Source: a bacterium
GTDB taxonomy: Bacteria > UBA8248
NCBI GenBank assembly: GCA_965203325.1
Contig: OZ241875.1
Span: 3,072,001 to 3,136,000, forward strand
DNA: 64,000 bases
Reading direction: 5' to 3'
This document shows, piece by piece, positions 55,098-64,000 of the stretch. Both the position numbers and the translations under genes were made by a program. The stretch's first letter is position 1. Every line of letters begins with the position of its first letter. The notes below the pieces were generated by a model that was not told where the DNA came from, made no database searches, and was given only the letters and a program-made list of their open reading frames with translations.

Positions 55098-55854
55098 ATT
55101 CGCACCATTCGCCTGGCAATATCCGCAGAGATTGATCTTCTTCTGACTGTAGGGGCGGTTCGCGAGCCGCCTCTGCACCTTTGCCTCCCTCGCCGAATCG
55201 GGACGTCTCCGCCCTGTGGGTTGATGCGGGCGCAATTCGTCTCCCCCCAAAAAATATTGACAATCCTGCGCCTCCCACTTACCAATAACCAGCAGACATA
55301 TAGCCTGGTATCCACACGGGGAGGGGGCCGTGCGCGTGAGCCGAAAACACGTCTTTTATGCAGTCTTGCCAGCATTTTTTCTGGCGGTTTTCCTGTCAGG
55401 GACGATAGAAGTCTCGGCGCAGTAGAAAGCTGCGGGGACCTCGGTACCCGTTCGCCAGTGGGGTGATGGAGCGTACCACGGATTCTCTTGGGTGAGTGTC
55501 AACAACGCGGGCCGATGTCTCCCACGGTCAGTGAGAATGCTGCTGATTCACCGGGACCACCTGAATCTCCTGCCACTGCCGAAGTGGTGAGGGGGCTGGT
55601 CTGACTTCCTTCGGACAATACTTCATGCAGCCGCCGGTTTCAGCGCGGCCATCACCCTGCCACCGAATCGTTGCCGTGTCGTGACCGCTGCCCCTCGCCC
55701 GGCTCCGGGATCGTGTAGCCGAGCGCCGCGCACAGCCGCGAGACGCGCCCCTTCTCTTTGCTTCGGTTCCTCGTTCATGCCTCCCGGAAGCGGGAAAAAA
55801 GAAGAAAAACCCAAAAATACACGTTAATGGCATGAACATGAAGATATACATTTC

Positions 55855-55899
55855 TGGTATGATCAGTCAAATATTTATGGTATGATCGGTTAAATATTT
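55855..55899 (+). repeat. Tandem 22-bp direct repeat (period 23), probably regulatory
   Basis: TGGTATGATCAGTCAAATATTT / TGGTATGATCGGTTAAATATTT. Confidence 0.7.
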
Positions 55900-56080
55900 T
55901 GCGGGCGTTCCATCCTGAGGGGAACTGGACGCAACGAGTCGTCCCGCTCCTTCACGAGCAACCGAAATACGGGAGAGGAGAACCCGAAAAATGAGTCAGG
56001 ACGTGGAGAGGTTCACGAGGGCTTGCAACCGGAGTTGGCACCCGCCGCACTCCGTCATTCGTCATCCGGAAGAGGGCGGC

Positions 56081-59000
56081 ATGAGCGCGCAGCGCCCGGC
56101 CGGAACGCGCAAGCCGGCTTCCCAAACCTCGGCTGAGCCCGTCCCGAGTTCATCGAGGGGCTCCCTGCGGCCTGGCGCCCGCACCGGACGCTCCCGCGCC
56201 CGCCGCTTCACCCTCCTCCTTCCCGTCCTCGCGCTGCTGCTCGGCGCGCTCGGCCTGTTCCACGGCGCGCCCGCCGAGGCGCAGACCACCGTCTGGTCCG
56301 CCACGCTGACGGTGGCGGAGAACGGTTCGAACCCTGGCTGCGACAACAACGTGACAGGCGCCGAGTGCAGCTCGGCCTCGGTGCTGACGGACGACGACTT
56401 CACGATCTCGGGCACGGACTGGCAGATAACGACCATATCTGGAATCAGTACTGGCTTTGGGGTTATATTCAACCGTGACGTGTGGACCGCGCTGGACAAC
56501 TACAGCTTCTGCATCGGCACGACGGCGCTGGCGTTCTCGTCCGCCACTCACCCCGGAAGCAACAATTTCGCCATCTGGTCCACCACGGCCGCGTGGTGGA
56601 ACGTCGGCGACACGGTTTCGCTGAGCATCGGCACGTCCTGCGCGCAGCACGACGCGACCCTGTCCGGCCTGGCGGCGTCGAGCAGCACGAGCGCCACGGG
56701 CACGTTCACGGCGCTGGACATCGGCACGTTCGGCGCGTCCACCACGTCCTACGCGGCGTCGGTGGCCAATTCCGTCACCCACGTGAAGCTGACCCCGACG
56801 GCCAGCCACTCTGGCGCCACGGTGGAGGTGGGCAAGGGGTCGAGCCTGACGGCGGTCACGAGCGGCTCGGCGAGCGACGCCATCGCGCTCTCGGTGGGCT
56901 CGAACGAGATCACGGTCGAGGTCACCGCCGCGGACGGCGCCACGAAGAAGACCTACACGGTGACGGTCACGCGGGGGGCAGCGGTGCCCGTCCCGCCGGG
57001 TGACACGACCCTCACGCCGGTGGAGTCAGGTGACAACGCGCCGACGGCGACGACGCTGAGCTTTACGATTGAGTGCGCGGTGGCAGGCTCCGGCAGGCCG
57101 ATCACCGATTACCAAGTGCGCGCGGTGGCCCAGGGCGTCGCGTCGCTGGAGCGCACGTATTACTTCCCGTCGGATAAGTGCGGTTCCAACGGTCCGGTGA
57201 CGCTGACGGGCCTGCCGCTGCGCCCGACGGCGACGATGTGGCGGGTCCGGGCCCGGGCGCGGGCCATACGCGGACACAGAGGGGTTTGGTCGCAAACGGT
57301 CGACTTGGCGACAGTGGCCGACCCGGTGCAGCAGAACGCCGCGCCGCTGACGGCGTCGTTCGCGGGGGTGCCCTCGGAGCATACGGGCAACGGCCGCACG
57401 TTCAGCTTCACGGTGAACTTCAGCGTGTCGCTGGACGGCGGCCAGGCGCCGACCAGACGGTCGTTCGAGACCTCGCACGGCGCGGTCATGCGACTGGTGA
57501 AGGTCTCGGCGATGAAGTGGACGGTGCATGTCCGGCCGATCACGTGGCGCAAGGTCGGGATTGCCCTGCGGGGCGGGCGGAGATGTGACGACCCGCGCGC
57601 GGTGTGCGCGACCGGCGGGCGGGCGCTGGCGAACAGCCCGCAGGCGAGCGTCGGCGGCGCGGCGCGGATCCGGGTGAGCAGCCATTGGGCCCGGGAGGGC
57701 AGAGAAACGCCGGTCCGCTTCGACGTGAAGCTGAGCCGCGTGGTGTCGCACGAGGTGCGGGTGGACTACGCGACGAAGGACGGCGAGGGCATGCTCGGGG
57801 GCAATGCGCCGGCGACGGCGGGTGCGGACTACACCGCGGCCTCCGGCACGCTGGTGTTCGAGGCGGGCGAGACGGCGAAGACGGTCTCGGTGCCGGTGCT
57901 CGACGACGCCATAGGCGAGGGCGCCGAGTATTTCCTGCTGGCGCTGTCGAACCCGCAGGGCGCCCATCTGCCGTTTCGGCAGGTCGAGAAGCCGGGCCTC
58001 ATCACGAACGACGACCCGCTGCAAAGGATGTGGCTCGCGCGCTTCGGGCGCGCGGCGGCGGGCCACGTCGCCGGGGCGATTGACGGGCGCCTGTCGGGCG
58101 GCGCCGCCGCGGGCGTCGTGCTGGGCGGCCACAGCCTCTCAGGCGGCGGGGCGGAGCGCGAGGACCTCGAGTCGCGCCTCGCCGAGGCCCTGATGAAGGA
58201 GAGGGAGGCCCGGCTTGGGCGCGGCGGGGAGGCGCCGGCGTCTTCGGTGCGCGAGGTCGCGATGTCCGATCTCCTCCTCGCGAGTTCGTTTCATATGGCC
58301 TCGGCCAGCGGCGGGGACGCGTCGGGGGGGCGCTGGTCGCTTTGGGGCCGGGGCGCGCGCTCCTCGTTCGAGGGCGCCGAGGGCGATCTCTCGCTGGATG
58401 GCGACGTGACGACGGCGACCGTGGGCTTCGACTACGAGCGGGCGCGCTGGCTGGTGGGCGTGGCGCTCTCGCGAAGCGCGGGCGACGGGTCGTACAAGGC
58501 GGGCGGTGCCTGCGATACGGGCTGCGCGGGCGAGGTGGAGAGCACGCTTACGGGTGTCTACCCCTACGCGCGCTACCGTGTGAGCGGGACGTTCTCGCTC
58601 TGGGGCGCGGTGGGCCACGGGCAGGGGGAGATGACGCTCACGCCCGGGGGGTCGTCCCCGGTGGAGGCCGACGTCGCGATGGGCATGGCGGCGGCCGGGG
58701 CGCGCGGGGTCGTTCTGCCCGCGCGCGAGGCGGGCGGGTTCGAGCTCGCGCTTCGCGCGGACGTCCTGGTGACGAACACGCGCTCGGACGCTGCAGCGGG
58801 CCTGGCGGAGACCGAGGCGCAGACGAGCCGCGTGCGCCTCGTGCTGGAGGGTTCGCGCTCGCTCAGGTTCGGCGATGCGGTGCTGACGCCCTCGCTGGAG
58901 ATAGGGTTCCGGAACGATTCGGGCGACGCGGAGACGGGCGGCGGGGTGGAGGCCGGCGGCTCGGTCCGCTGGACCTCGGGGGCCCTGACGACGCAGGTGC

Positions 59001-59428
59001 GCGCGCGCGGCCTGCTCTCCCACGGCGCCGGCGGTTATGAGGAATGGGGCGTGAGCGCCTCGGTGGCGTACGCTCCCGGCTCCGGGGGACGGGGTCTCAC
59101 GCTTCGGGCGGGCTCCTCGTGGGGCGCGGCCGCGGGCGGTGCGGAGCGGCTCTGGTCGCAGGCGGCGGGCCTGGCGCCTGCCGGTGCGTTCGAGCCGGGC
59201 GTTGCGGGCTTCGAGGCCGAGGCGGCCTGGGGCCTCGACGCCCCGCGCGGGCTGCTGACGCCCTATACGGGCGTGGCGGTCTCGGGGAACGGGGAGACCT
59301 GGCGCGCGGGCGCGCGGTGGAAGCCCGGGGCGGCCACGGAGGTGAGCCTCGAGGCGAGGCTCACCGAACAGGCGGGCGGCGGGAGACCAGAAGGCGGCCT
59401 CCTGCTCAGAGGCTCGAAGCGGTGGTAG
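56081..59428 (+). CDS. Modular autotransporter-like surface adhesin (cadherin-like beta-sandwich, FN3/Ig-like, Calx-beta, C-terminal beta-barrel)
   Basis: Signal ending AEA-Q; DATLSGL..ITVEVTAADG..KTYTVTVTR; VDYAT.DG..ATAGADY..GTLVFEAGETAKTVSVPVLDD; WLARFGR; terminal Trp; start 56081 or 55991. Confidence 0.82.
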   Translation: MSAQRPAGTRKPASQTSAEPVPSSSRGSLRPGARTGRSRARRFTLLLPVLALLLGALGLFHGAPAEAQTTVWSATLTVAENGSNPGCDNNVTGAECSSASVLTDDDFTISGTDWQITTISGISTGFGVIFNRDVWTALDNYSFCIGTTALAFSSATHPGSNNFAIWSTTAAWWNVGDTVSLSIGTSCAQHDATLSGLAASSSTSATGTFTALDIGTFGASTTSYAASVANSVTHVKLTPTASHSGATVEVGKGSSLTAVTSGSASDAIALSVGSNEITVEVTAADGATKKTYTVTVTRGAAVPVPPGDTTLTPVESGDNAPTATTLSFTIECAVAGSGRPITDYQVRAVAQGVASLERTYYFPSDKCGSNGPVTLTGLPLRPTATMWRVRARARAIRGHRGVWSQTVDLATVADPVQQNAAPLTASFAGVPSEHTGNGRTFSFTVNFSVSLDGGQAPTRRSFETSHGAVMRLVKVSAMKWTVHVRPITWRKVGIALRGGRRCDDPRAVCATGGRALANSPQASVGGAARIRVSSHWAREGRETPVRFDVKLSRVVSHEVRVDYATKDGEGMLGGNAPATAGADYTAASGTLVFEAGETAKTVSVPVLDDAIGEGAEYFLLALSNPQGAHLPFRQVEKPGLITNDDPLQRMWLARFGRAAAGHVAGAIDGRLSGGAAAGVVLGGHSLSGGGAEREDLESRLAEALMKEREARLGRGGEAPASSVREVAMSDLLLASSFHMASASGGDASGGRWSLWGRGARSSFEGAEGDLSLDGDVTTATVGFDYERARWLVGVALSRSAGDGSYKAGGACDTGCAGEVESTLTGVYPYARYRVSGTFSLWGAVGHGQGEMTLTPGGSSPVEADVAMGMAAAGARGVVLPAREAGGFELALRADVLVTNTRSDAAAGLAETEAQTSRVRLVLEGSRSLRFGDAVLTPSLEIGFRNDSGDAETGGGVEAGGSVRWTSGALTTQVRARGLLSHGAGGYEEWGVSASVAYAPGSGGRGLTLRAGSSWGAAAGGAERLWSQAAGLAPAGAFEPGVAGFEAEAAWGLDAPRGLLTPYTGVAVSGNGETWRAGARWKPGAATEVSLEARLTEQAGGGRPEGGLLLRGSKRW

Positions 59429-59636
59429 GGGCGGACCCGGGGGTAGCGCAGGCCGTTCCTCCCGGCCCGCTTCATCGCTATCCCCCTCCCGGCGGGTCGT
59501 CTCGCCGGCGGGCGGCGGGAGGGGGCGCGCATCCCGCTCTCCCGCCCGTTTTCAGACGGCGGTGGTGCTTTCCCTTCTCTGCCGGGTGTGGCAGGCTTGG
59601 AGAAGCTTGCTACCGCCCGCAAGGAGCGAACCCCTC

Positions 59637-60353
59637 ATGCGCAAGTGGCACCTCGTGCGCAAATGGCCCCGGCCCCCGGAGAAACCCGCTCCGGTTCCCT
59701 TGAACCCCGATGCGATGGACGAGGTCTGCTCGATCCTGGCGGAGGAGTTCGACGAACCCGGCGTGGTACTCGCCCGGTACACGGTGCATTTCCCCGGCTG
59801 GGCGCGGCGCGAGTTCGAGAGCGTGGAGAGCATAATCCAGGAGATGAAGCGCAAACATGCGCCCCTGCTTGACGTGATCAGAAGCTACCATGTGCGGATT
59901 TATGACGGGAGACAGCACATCGATATCGAGTACCGCCGCCTGTGGTTGTTCGACTTCCTGCGCACAGGAGCGGAGGGAGGGGATAAAGCGTGGCGTGCCC
60001 GTGCGGCCGCGGCTGCGTCGCACGCGCTGGAGGGCCGCGGCGAGCGCTACCTGGAAGGGGATTTCCCTGTCTTGCTCCAGGGGACGTTCTGGCTGGCGTT
60101 CCAGGCGTTTTCGGGAATAACCCTGCTGTATCTGTGGGCCGGCGGCGGGGCGGACGCGTGGCTCCTGTGGATGGGCGCCGCTGCCTTCGCACTGGCGGCG
60201 GCCACGTTCGCGCCCGGCCTGACAAGCCGCATGTTCCCTTCCGGAAGCGGCCGGGGGACAGGCGTTTTTCTACGCCGCCTCTGCGGCGTGGTGACAGTGC
60301 TTTCGAGCATCTTTGCGGCGGCCCTGGCGATGTACGGCCTCTCGGGCCTTTGA
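59637..60353 (+). CDS. Hypothetical membrane protein
   Basis: AAGGAG upstream of ATG; three C-terminal hydrophobic segments. Confidence 0.6.
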   Translation: MRKWHLVRKWPRPPEKPAPVPLNPDAMDEVCSILAEEFDEPGVVLARYTVHFPGWARREFESVESIIQEMKRKHAPLLDVIRSYHVRIYDGRQHIDIEYRRLWLFDFLRTGAEGGDKAWRARAAAAASHALEGRGERYLEGDFPVLLQGTFWLAFQAFSGITLLYLWAGGGADAWLLWMGAAAFALAAATFAPGLTSRMFPSGSGRGTGVFLRRLCGVVTVLSSIFAAALAMYGLSGL

Positions 60354-60414
60354 GCGCATCGTCGGGCGGGACGCCGCCTCGCAAATCGCATCCGCATCGG
60401 TCGCATCGTTCTTC

Positions 60415-60623
60415 TGACGCTTGACGAAGCGCCCCTACGCCATCCTTTCGGAGAGATCACAACACTCGTCATTCCGGCCACCGACCCCGTAGGGACAGGT
60501 CGCGGCCTCGGACAGGCGCAGGGCCCCGTCCGCGACAGATGCGATTCGGCTTTGTTCGTCATTCCGGCTTTCGCCGGAATGACGGTGGTTTTCCCACATC
60601 GGGGGGCTTTTCCAACACCCCCC
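60415..60623. repeat. GTAG/CGTC repeat cluster with a TTTTCCAACACCCC motif
   Basis: 60561-60621 is a near reverse complement of 31587-31648. Confidence 0.8.
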
Positions 60624-60716
60624 GCATCCGTCCCCGCGTTGCCGCTCTTATCTTGAAGAGCGTATAATCGCGCCCCATCAAGCGGACTTCACCGCCCCCT
60701 CACCGAAGGAAATCCC

Positions 60717-61568
60717 TTGGCATCCGACTACGCCCTCTCCGCACATCTGTTCGCCTACGAGGCGCTCCGCTTCGGGCACTTGAAAGAAGCGGCCGAGGCC
60801 GGTTTCGGGAAAATCGAGTTGTGGGCGATGACGCCCAATTTCGACGTGGGAGATGAGGCCAAGATCAAGGCCCTCAAAGGCTGGATGACGGATCTCTCCC
60901 TCTCGACACCCTCCTTCCATGCGCCTTTTTACGCGGATTTAAGCGATGCCAGAGCCGGACGCTGGCTCTCTCTCGCCGCTCCCGATGCAGATGCACGCGC
61001 AGAAGCGCTTCAGAAAACGATTCAGGCCCTGCGCACCTCCCGTCCCCTAGGGGCGAGAATCGCCGTCATCCACCCGAGCGCGCCGGGCAAAGCGGGGGAC
61101 GGGGACACCTGCGAGGCGTTGGAAGCGAGCATCGAACGGCTCCTGCCCCTGGCGGAGGAGACCGACGCCGTCCTGGCGCTTGAGAACATTCCCTCCGCTC
61201 TGGGCCGCGCGGAGCCGCTCGCCGATTTCGTCTCCCGCATCGACCACCCGAGGCTCAAAATCTGCATCGACACCGGCCACGCCCTCATCACCGAGGGAGA
61301 TGAGACCCAAAAGGCCGTCGAGCGGCTGGCGCCCATGTGCATCGCGACGCATCTGCATGACAACGACGGGCGAAACGACGCGCACCTGATACCCGGCGAG
61401 GGCGCGTTCGAGTGGCCCTCTTTCTTCGCGGCGCTCGACGCCCGAGGCTACTCGGGAACGCTCGCGCTCGAACTCAGAAGAAAAGACGAACCTTACGCCG
61501 AGACGCTGGCCGACGCAGCGCGCGCCATGAAGACGCTCACTCCACATATCAAGCCGAGTCCCGCATGA
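60717..61568 (+). CDS. Sugar phosphate isomerase/epimerase (xylose isomerase-like TIM barrel)
   Basis: SFHAPF, LALEN, CIDTGH, HLHDNDG..DAHLIPGEG. Confidence 0.85.
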   Translation: MASDYALSAHLFAYEALRFGHLKEAAEAGFGKIELWAMTPNFDVGDEAKIKALKGWMTDLSLSTPSFHAPFYADLSDARAGRWLSLAAPDADARAEALQKTIQALRTSRPLGARIAVIHPSAPGKAGDGDTCEALEASIERLLPLAEETDAVLALENIPSALGRAEPLADFVSRIDHPRLKICIDTGHALITEGDETQKAVERLAPMCIATHLHDNDGRNDAHLIPGEGAFEWPSFFAALDARGYSGTLALELRRKDEPYAETLADAARAMKTLTPHIKPSPA

Positions 61569-62581
61569 AGGCGAACCTCGTGGAGCAGACGCATGAGCGA
61601 CTGAAAACACTGGCGCGCGATTATTTCGGCGCCGGGGTCTCCTCTCTCACGCCGCTTCAAGGGGACGCCTCGACGCGCGACTACGTCCGCCTCACGCACC
61701 CTGGCGGCGCACGCCTAAGTTCGGTCGGCATGATTATGCCGGAACCTTTCTCGAAAGAGACGCTCCCATTCATCGACGTGTGCGCGCATTTTGGTGAGAT
61801 CGGCGTCAGGGTCCCTGAGATTTTCGGGATGGACGAGGAGTCGGGCGTCATCCTTTTAGAGGACTGCGGCGATGAATCGCTCGAAGACGCATGGCGGCGC
61901 GGCGAATGGGAGGAAGCCGGGCCGCATTACGACGCCGCGCTCGACATGATGGCCGCCATGCAGGAAGCCCCGGTCGCGCCCGCAGGCGGGAGAATCGCGC
62001 TCGCGCGGCGCTTCGACGCGGCGTTTTTCACGAACGAACTCCACCACACGCGCAAATACGCCTTCGAGAGCCTCCTGGGGATGGCGACGGATGAGCGCGC
62101 GTTGGATTCGGCGTTCCGCTCATTGTGCGAAGAAATCTGCCGGATTCCCTTTCGCCTCACGCACCGCGACTACCACAGCAGGAACCTGATGGTGCTGGAT
62201 GATGCGGTGATCGCCATCGATTTTCAGGACGCGCGCATGGGACCGGTCACCTACGATCTGGCCTCTCTCGTCTTCGACAGCTACGTCGATTTGGAAGCCG
62301 GCGCACGGGAATACCTCATCACGCGCTACTGGGAGACTTGCGGCCAACGCCTCTTCTCGGCTAAAGAAGAATACGAACGCGCCCTGCGCGGGACAGCCAT
62401 ACAACGAAACCTGAAGGCCATCGGCACGTTCGCCTATCAGAAGGCGGCCCGCGGGGCGGAACGCTATCTGGAGAGCATTCCGCATACCGTCCGGATGGTG
62501 GAGAGACATTTCGAAAAAAGGAGGGACTTGGGGCCTCTTCATGCTTCGCTCAAGCCCTTCCTGGACGCGCTTCTCAAGTAA
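61565..62581 (+). CDS. Aminoglycoside phosphotransferase family kinase (AmgK-like)
   Basis: GDASTRDYVR, LLEDCGD, HRDYHSRNLM, IDFQDARMGP..YDLASL. Confidence 0.88.
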   Translation: MKANLVEQTHERLKTLARDYFGAGVSSLTPLQGDASTRDYVRLTHPGGARLSSVGMIMPEPFSKETLPFIDVCAHFGEIGVRVPEIFGMDEESGVILLEDCGDESLEDAWRRGEWEEAGPHYDAALDMMAAMQEAPVAPAGGRIALARRFDAAFFTNELHHTRKYAFESLLGMATDERALDSAFRSLCEEICRIPFRLTHRDYHSRNLMVLDDAVIAIDFQDARMGPVTYDLASLVFDSYVDLEAGAREYLITRYWETCGQRLFSAKEEYERALRGTAIQRNLKAIGTFAYQKAARGAERYLESIPHTVRMVERHFEKRRDLGPLHASLKPFLDALLK

Positions 62582-62596
62582 AGGAGTCATCCCCTT

Positions 62597-63190
62597 TTGG
62601 ATTTCCTCAAAAACACGTTCCTCACGTCGGTGGAGCTTTGTCTCTACGACTTTCTGCACACAGAAGAAATACCGCCGAGCGAGGCGAGGATCGAGGTGGA
62701 GCACATCATCCTCGAAGCCGCGTCGGAGAACCGCCACCTCATCACCGACGTCCAGGGCGAGAGCCTGACGGCGCGGCGCTTCGAGCGGGGCGAGAAGTGC
62801 TTCGTCGCACTCGAAGACGGCAAGGCGGTGAGCTACATCTGGGGTGCGCGCGGCGTGGTGGGCGTGGAGGAGATCGACAAGGCCGTGAAGCCCGAGCCTA
62901 AGGAAATCTATCTCTACGACGCCTTCACGCTGGAGCCCTGGCGGGGGCGGAACCTCTACCCCGCCGTGCTCCGGCGCGCGCTCGAATACGCCGAGGGGCT
63001 GGGCCTCATACGCTCTCTCATCTTCGTGGAGGCGAGCAACACGGCTTCGAGGCGCGGCGTGGACAAGGCGGGCTTCATCCAGTTTCAGACGCTCTACTAC
63101 AACCGGTTTTTCGTCTTCGGCCGCTCGAACCTCTCGGACCCCCTGGAGGGACACCCGACGGCCACGTTCGTCGGGCTGGAGTTCGCGTAG
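62597..63190 (+). CDS. GNAT acetyltransferase
   Basis: YLYDAFTLEPWRGRNL, NTASRR..KAGF. Confidence 0.8.
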   Translation: MDFLKNTFLTSVELCLYDFLHTEEIPPSEARIEVEHIILEAASENRHLITDVQGESLTARRFERGEKCFVALEDGKAVSYIWGARGVVGVEEIDKAVKPEPKEIYLYDAFTLEPWRGRNLYPAVLRRALEYAEGLGLIRSLIFVEASNTASRRGVDKAGFIQFQTLYYNRFFVFGRSNLSDPLEGHPTATFVGLEFA

Positions 63191-63240
63191 CGGCGGAATC
63201 AGCGCGCGCCCACGGGCGCGATGGATGCGAAGGAATCCCG

Positions 63241-64000
63241 ATGTCGCAAAGCTCATGCTCCTCATTGCAGATAGAAGCCTTCACGTCTCCCGAGGCGTTC
63301 AAAGAGCTCGAATCCGAGTGGCGTGCGCTGATGGCGCGCTCCGCCCACGCGCACCCGTTCTACGACCCCGCGTGGCACGCCGCGTGGTGGCGGAACTTCG
63401 GCGCGGGCGAGCTGCGCGTCTACACCCTGCGCGATGAGAACGGCGCGCTCACGGGCGTGGCCCCCTTCGTCCTGAGCGAGGGCGGGCGCCTGCGCCTGAC
63501 GGGCGGGGATGACCTCTCTGATTACCTCGACATCATCGCCGCGGACGGGGCGCACCTCGCCTGCTGGCGGGCGGTTCTCGCCGCCCTGGACGAGCCGGAC
63601 GCGCCCGAATGGCGCGAACTCTCCCTGCGCGGAATTCCCGAAGCCTCCCCCACCGTCGCGGCGATAGAGGAGTTGGCGGGCGGGGCGGTTTCGATATCCG
63701 AAGAAGAAGTCTGTCCCGTCATCGCGCTTCCCGACTCGTGGGATGAATACACCGGTATGCTCGCGCCGCGGGACGAACGCGACCTGAGGCGGAAGATTCG
63801 CAAGGCCAACATGGAGGCGGGGCTGGAATATGAGCGGACGGAATCGGCGGACACCCTCGCCTCCAATCTGGAAGACTTCATCACCCTTCACGCGCTGAGC
63901 CAGCCGGAGAAGGCGGATTTCTGGAACGCGGACAGGAGGGCTTTTTTTGAGGACGTGACCCGGGCGATGCTCGAACTCGGCTGTCTGGAACTCTCGATCA
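63241..64000 (+). CDS. GNAT family (CelD/BcsL-like) protein, truncated by the window end and absent from the ORF track
   Basis: Open frame: LESEWRALM..HPFYDPAWHAAWW..TGVAPF..SDYLDII..LPDSWDEY. Confidence 0.8.
   Translation, partial: MSQSSCSSLQIEAFTSPEAFKELESEWRALMARSAHAHPFYDPAWHAAWWRNFGAGELRVYTLRDENGALTGVAPFVLSEGGRLRLTGGDDLSDYLDIIAADGAHLACWRAVLAALDEPDAPEWRELSLRGIPEASPTVAAIEELAGGAVSISEEEVCPVIALPDSWDEYTGMLAPRDERDLRRKIRKANMEAGLEYERTESADTLASNLEDFITLHALSQPEKADFWNADRRAFFEDVTRAMLELGCLELSI

Noticed and set aside
55528..55778. Two small minus-strand ORFs (MNEEPKQ.., MKYCPKE..)
   Set aside because: One has an SD, but the sequences are short, motif-free and not coding-like; insufficient support
55900..55975. 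c-di-GMP-I riboswitch before the adhesin (GGACGCAA)
   Set aside because: Lacks the GGCAAA..GAAA P2 arrangement; only a generic hairpin is supportable
55991..59428. A complete diversity-generating retroelement at the adhesin locus
   Set aside because: No reverse transcriptase, avd gene or template repeat in the window; only the codon anomaly is reported

Overview
High-GC bacterial chromosomal window, mostly metabolic and transport genes. It holds a complete rRNA operon (16S-tRNA-Ile-tRNA-Ala-23S-5S, about 43.7-49.2 kb), two toxin-antitoxin modules (ParDE and Panacea/RelE-like), two ABC importers, a large modular autotransporter-like adhesin and dense clusters of GTAG/CGTC palindromic repeats. 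The main hidden signal is three genes that the ORF track splits at an in-frame TGA. Each TGA sits in a redox motif (UPLC, UGSC, CNYU) and is followed by a hairpin at bacterial-SECIS spacing, so these are probably three unannotated selenoproteins: a stand-alone PrdB/GrdB-like protein (3936-4829), a UGSC-family protein (29670-30212) and an AhpD/CMD-like protein (34667-35338). The last is directly followed by a colinear paralog whose motif is erased (DTYF), suggesting a Sec-active/inactive subunit pair in a catabolic gene cluster. No selABCD genes, CRISPR array, transposase or reverse transcriptase are visible. Product calls come from recalled motifs; no database searches were run.
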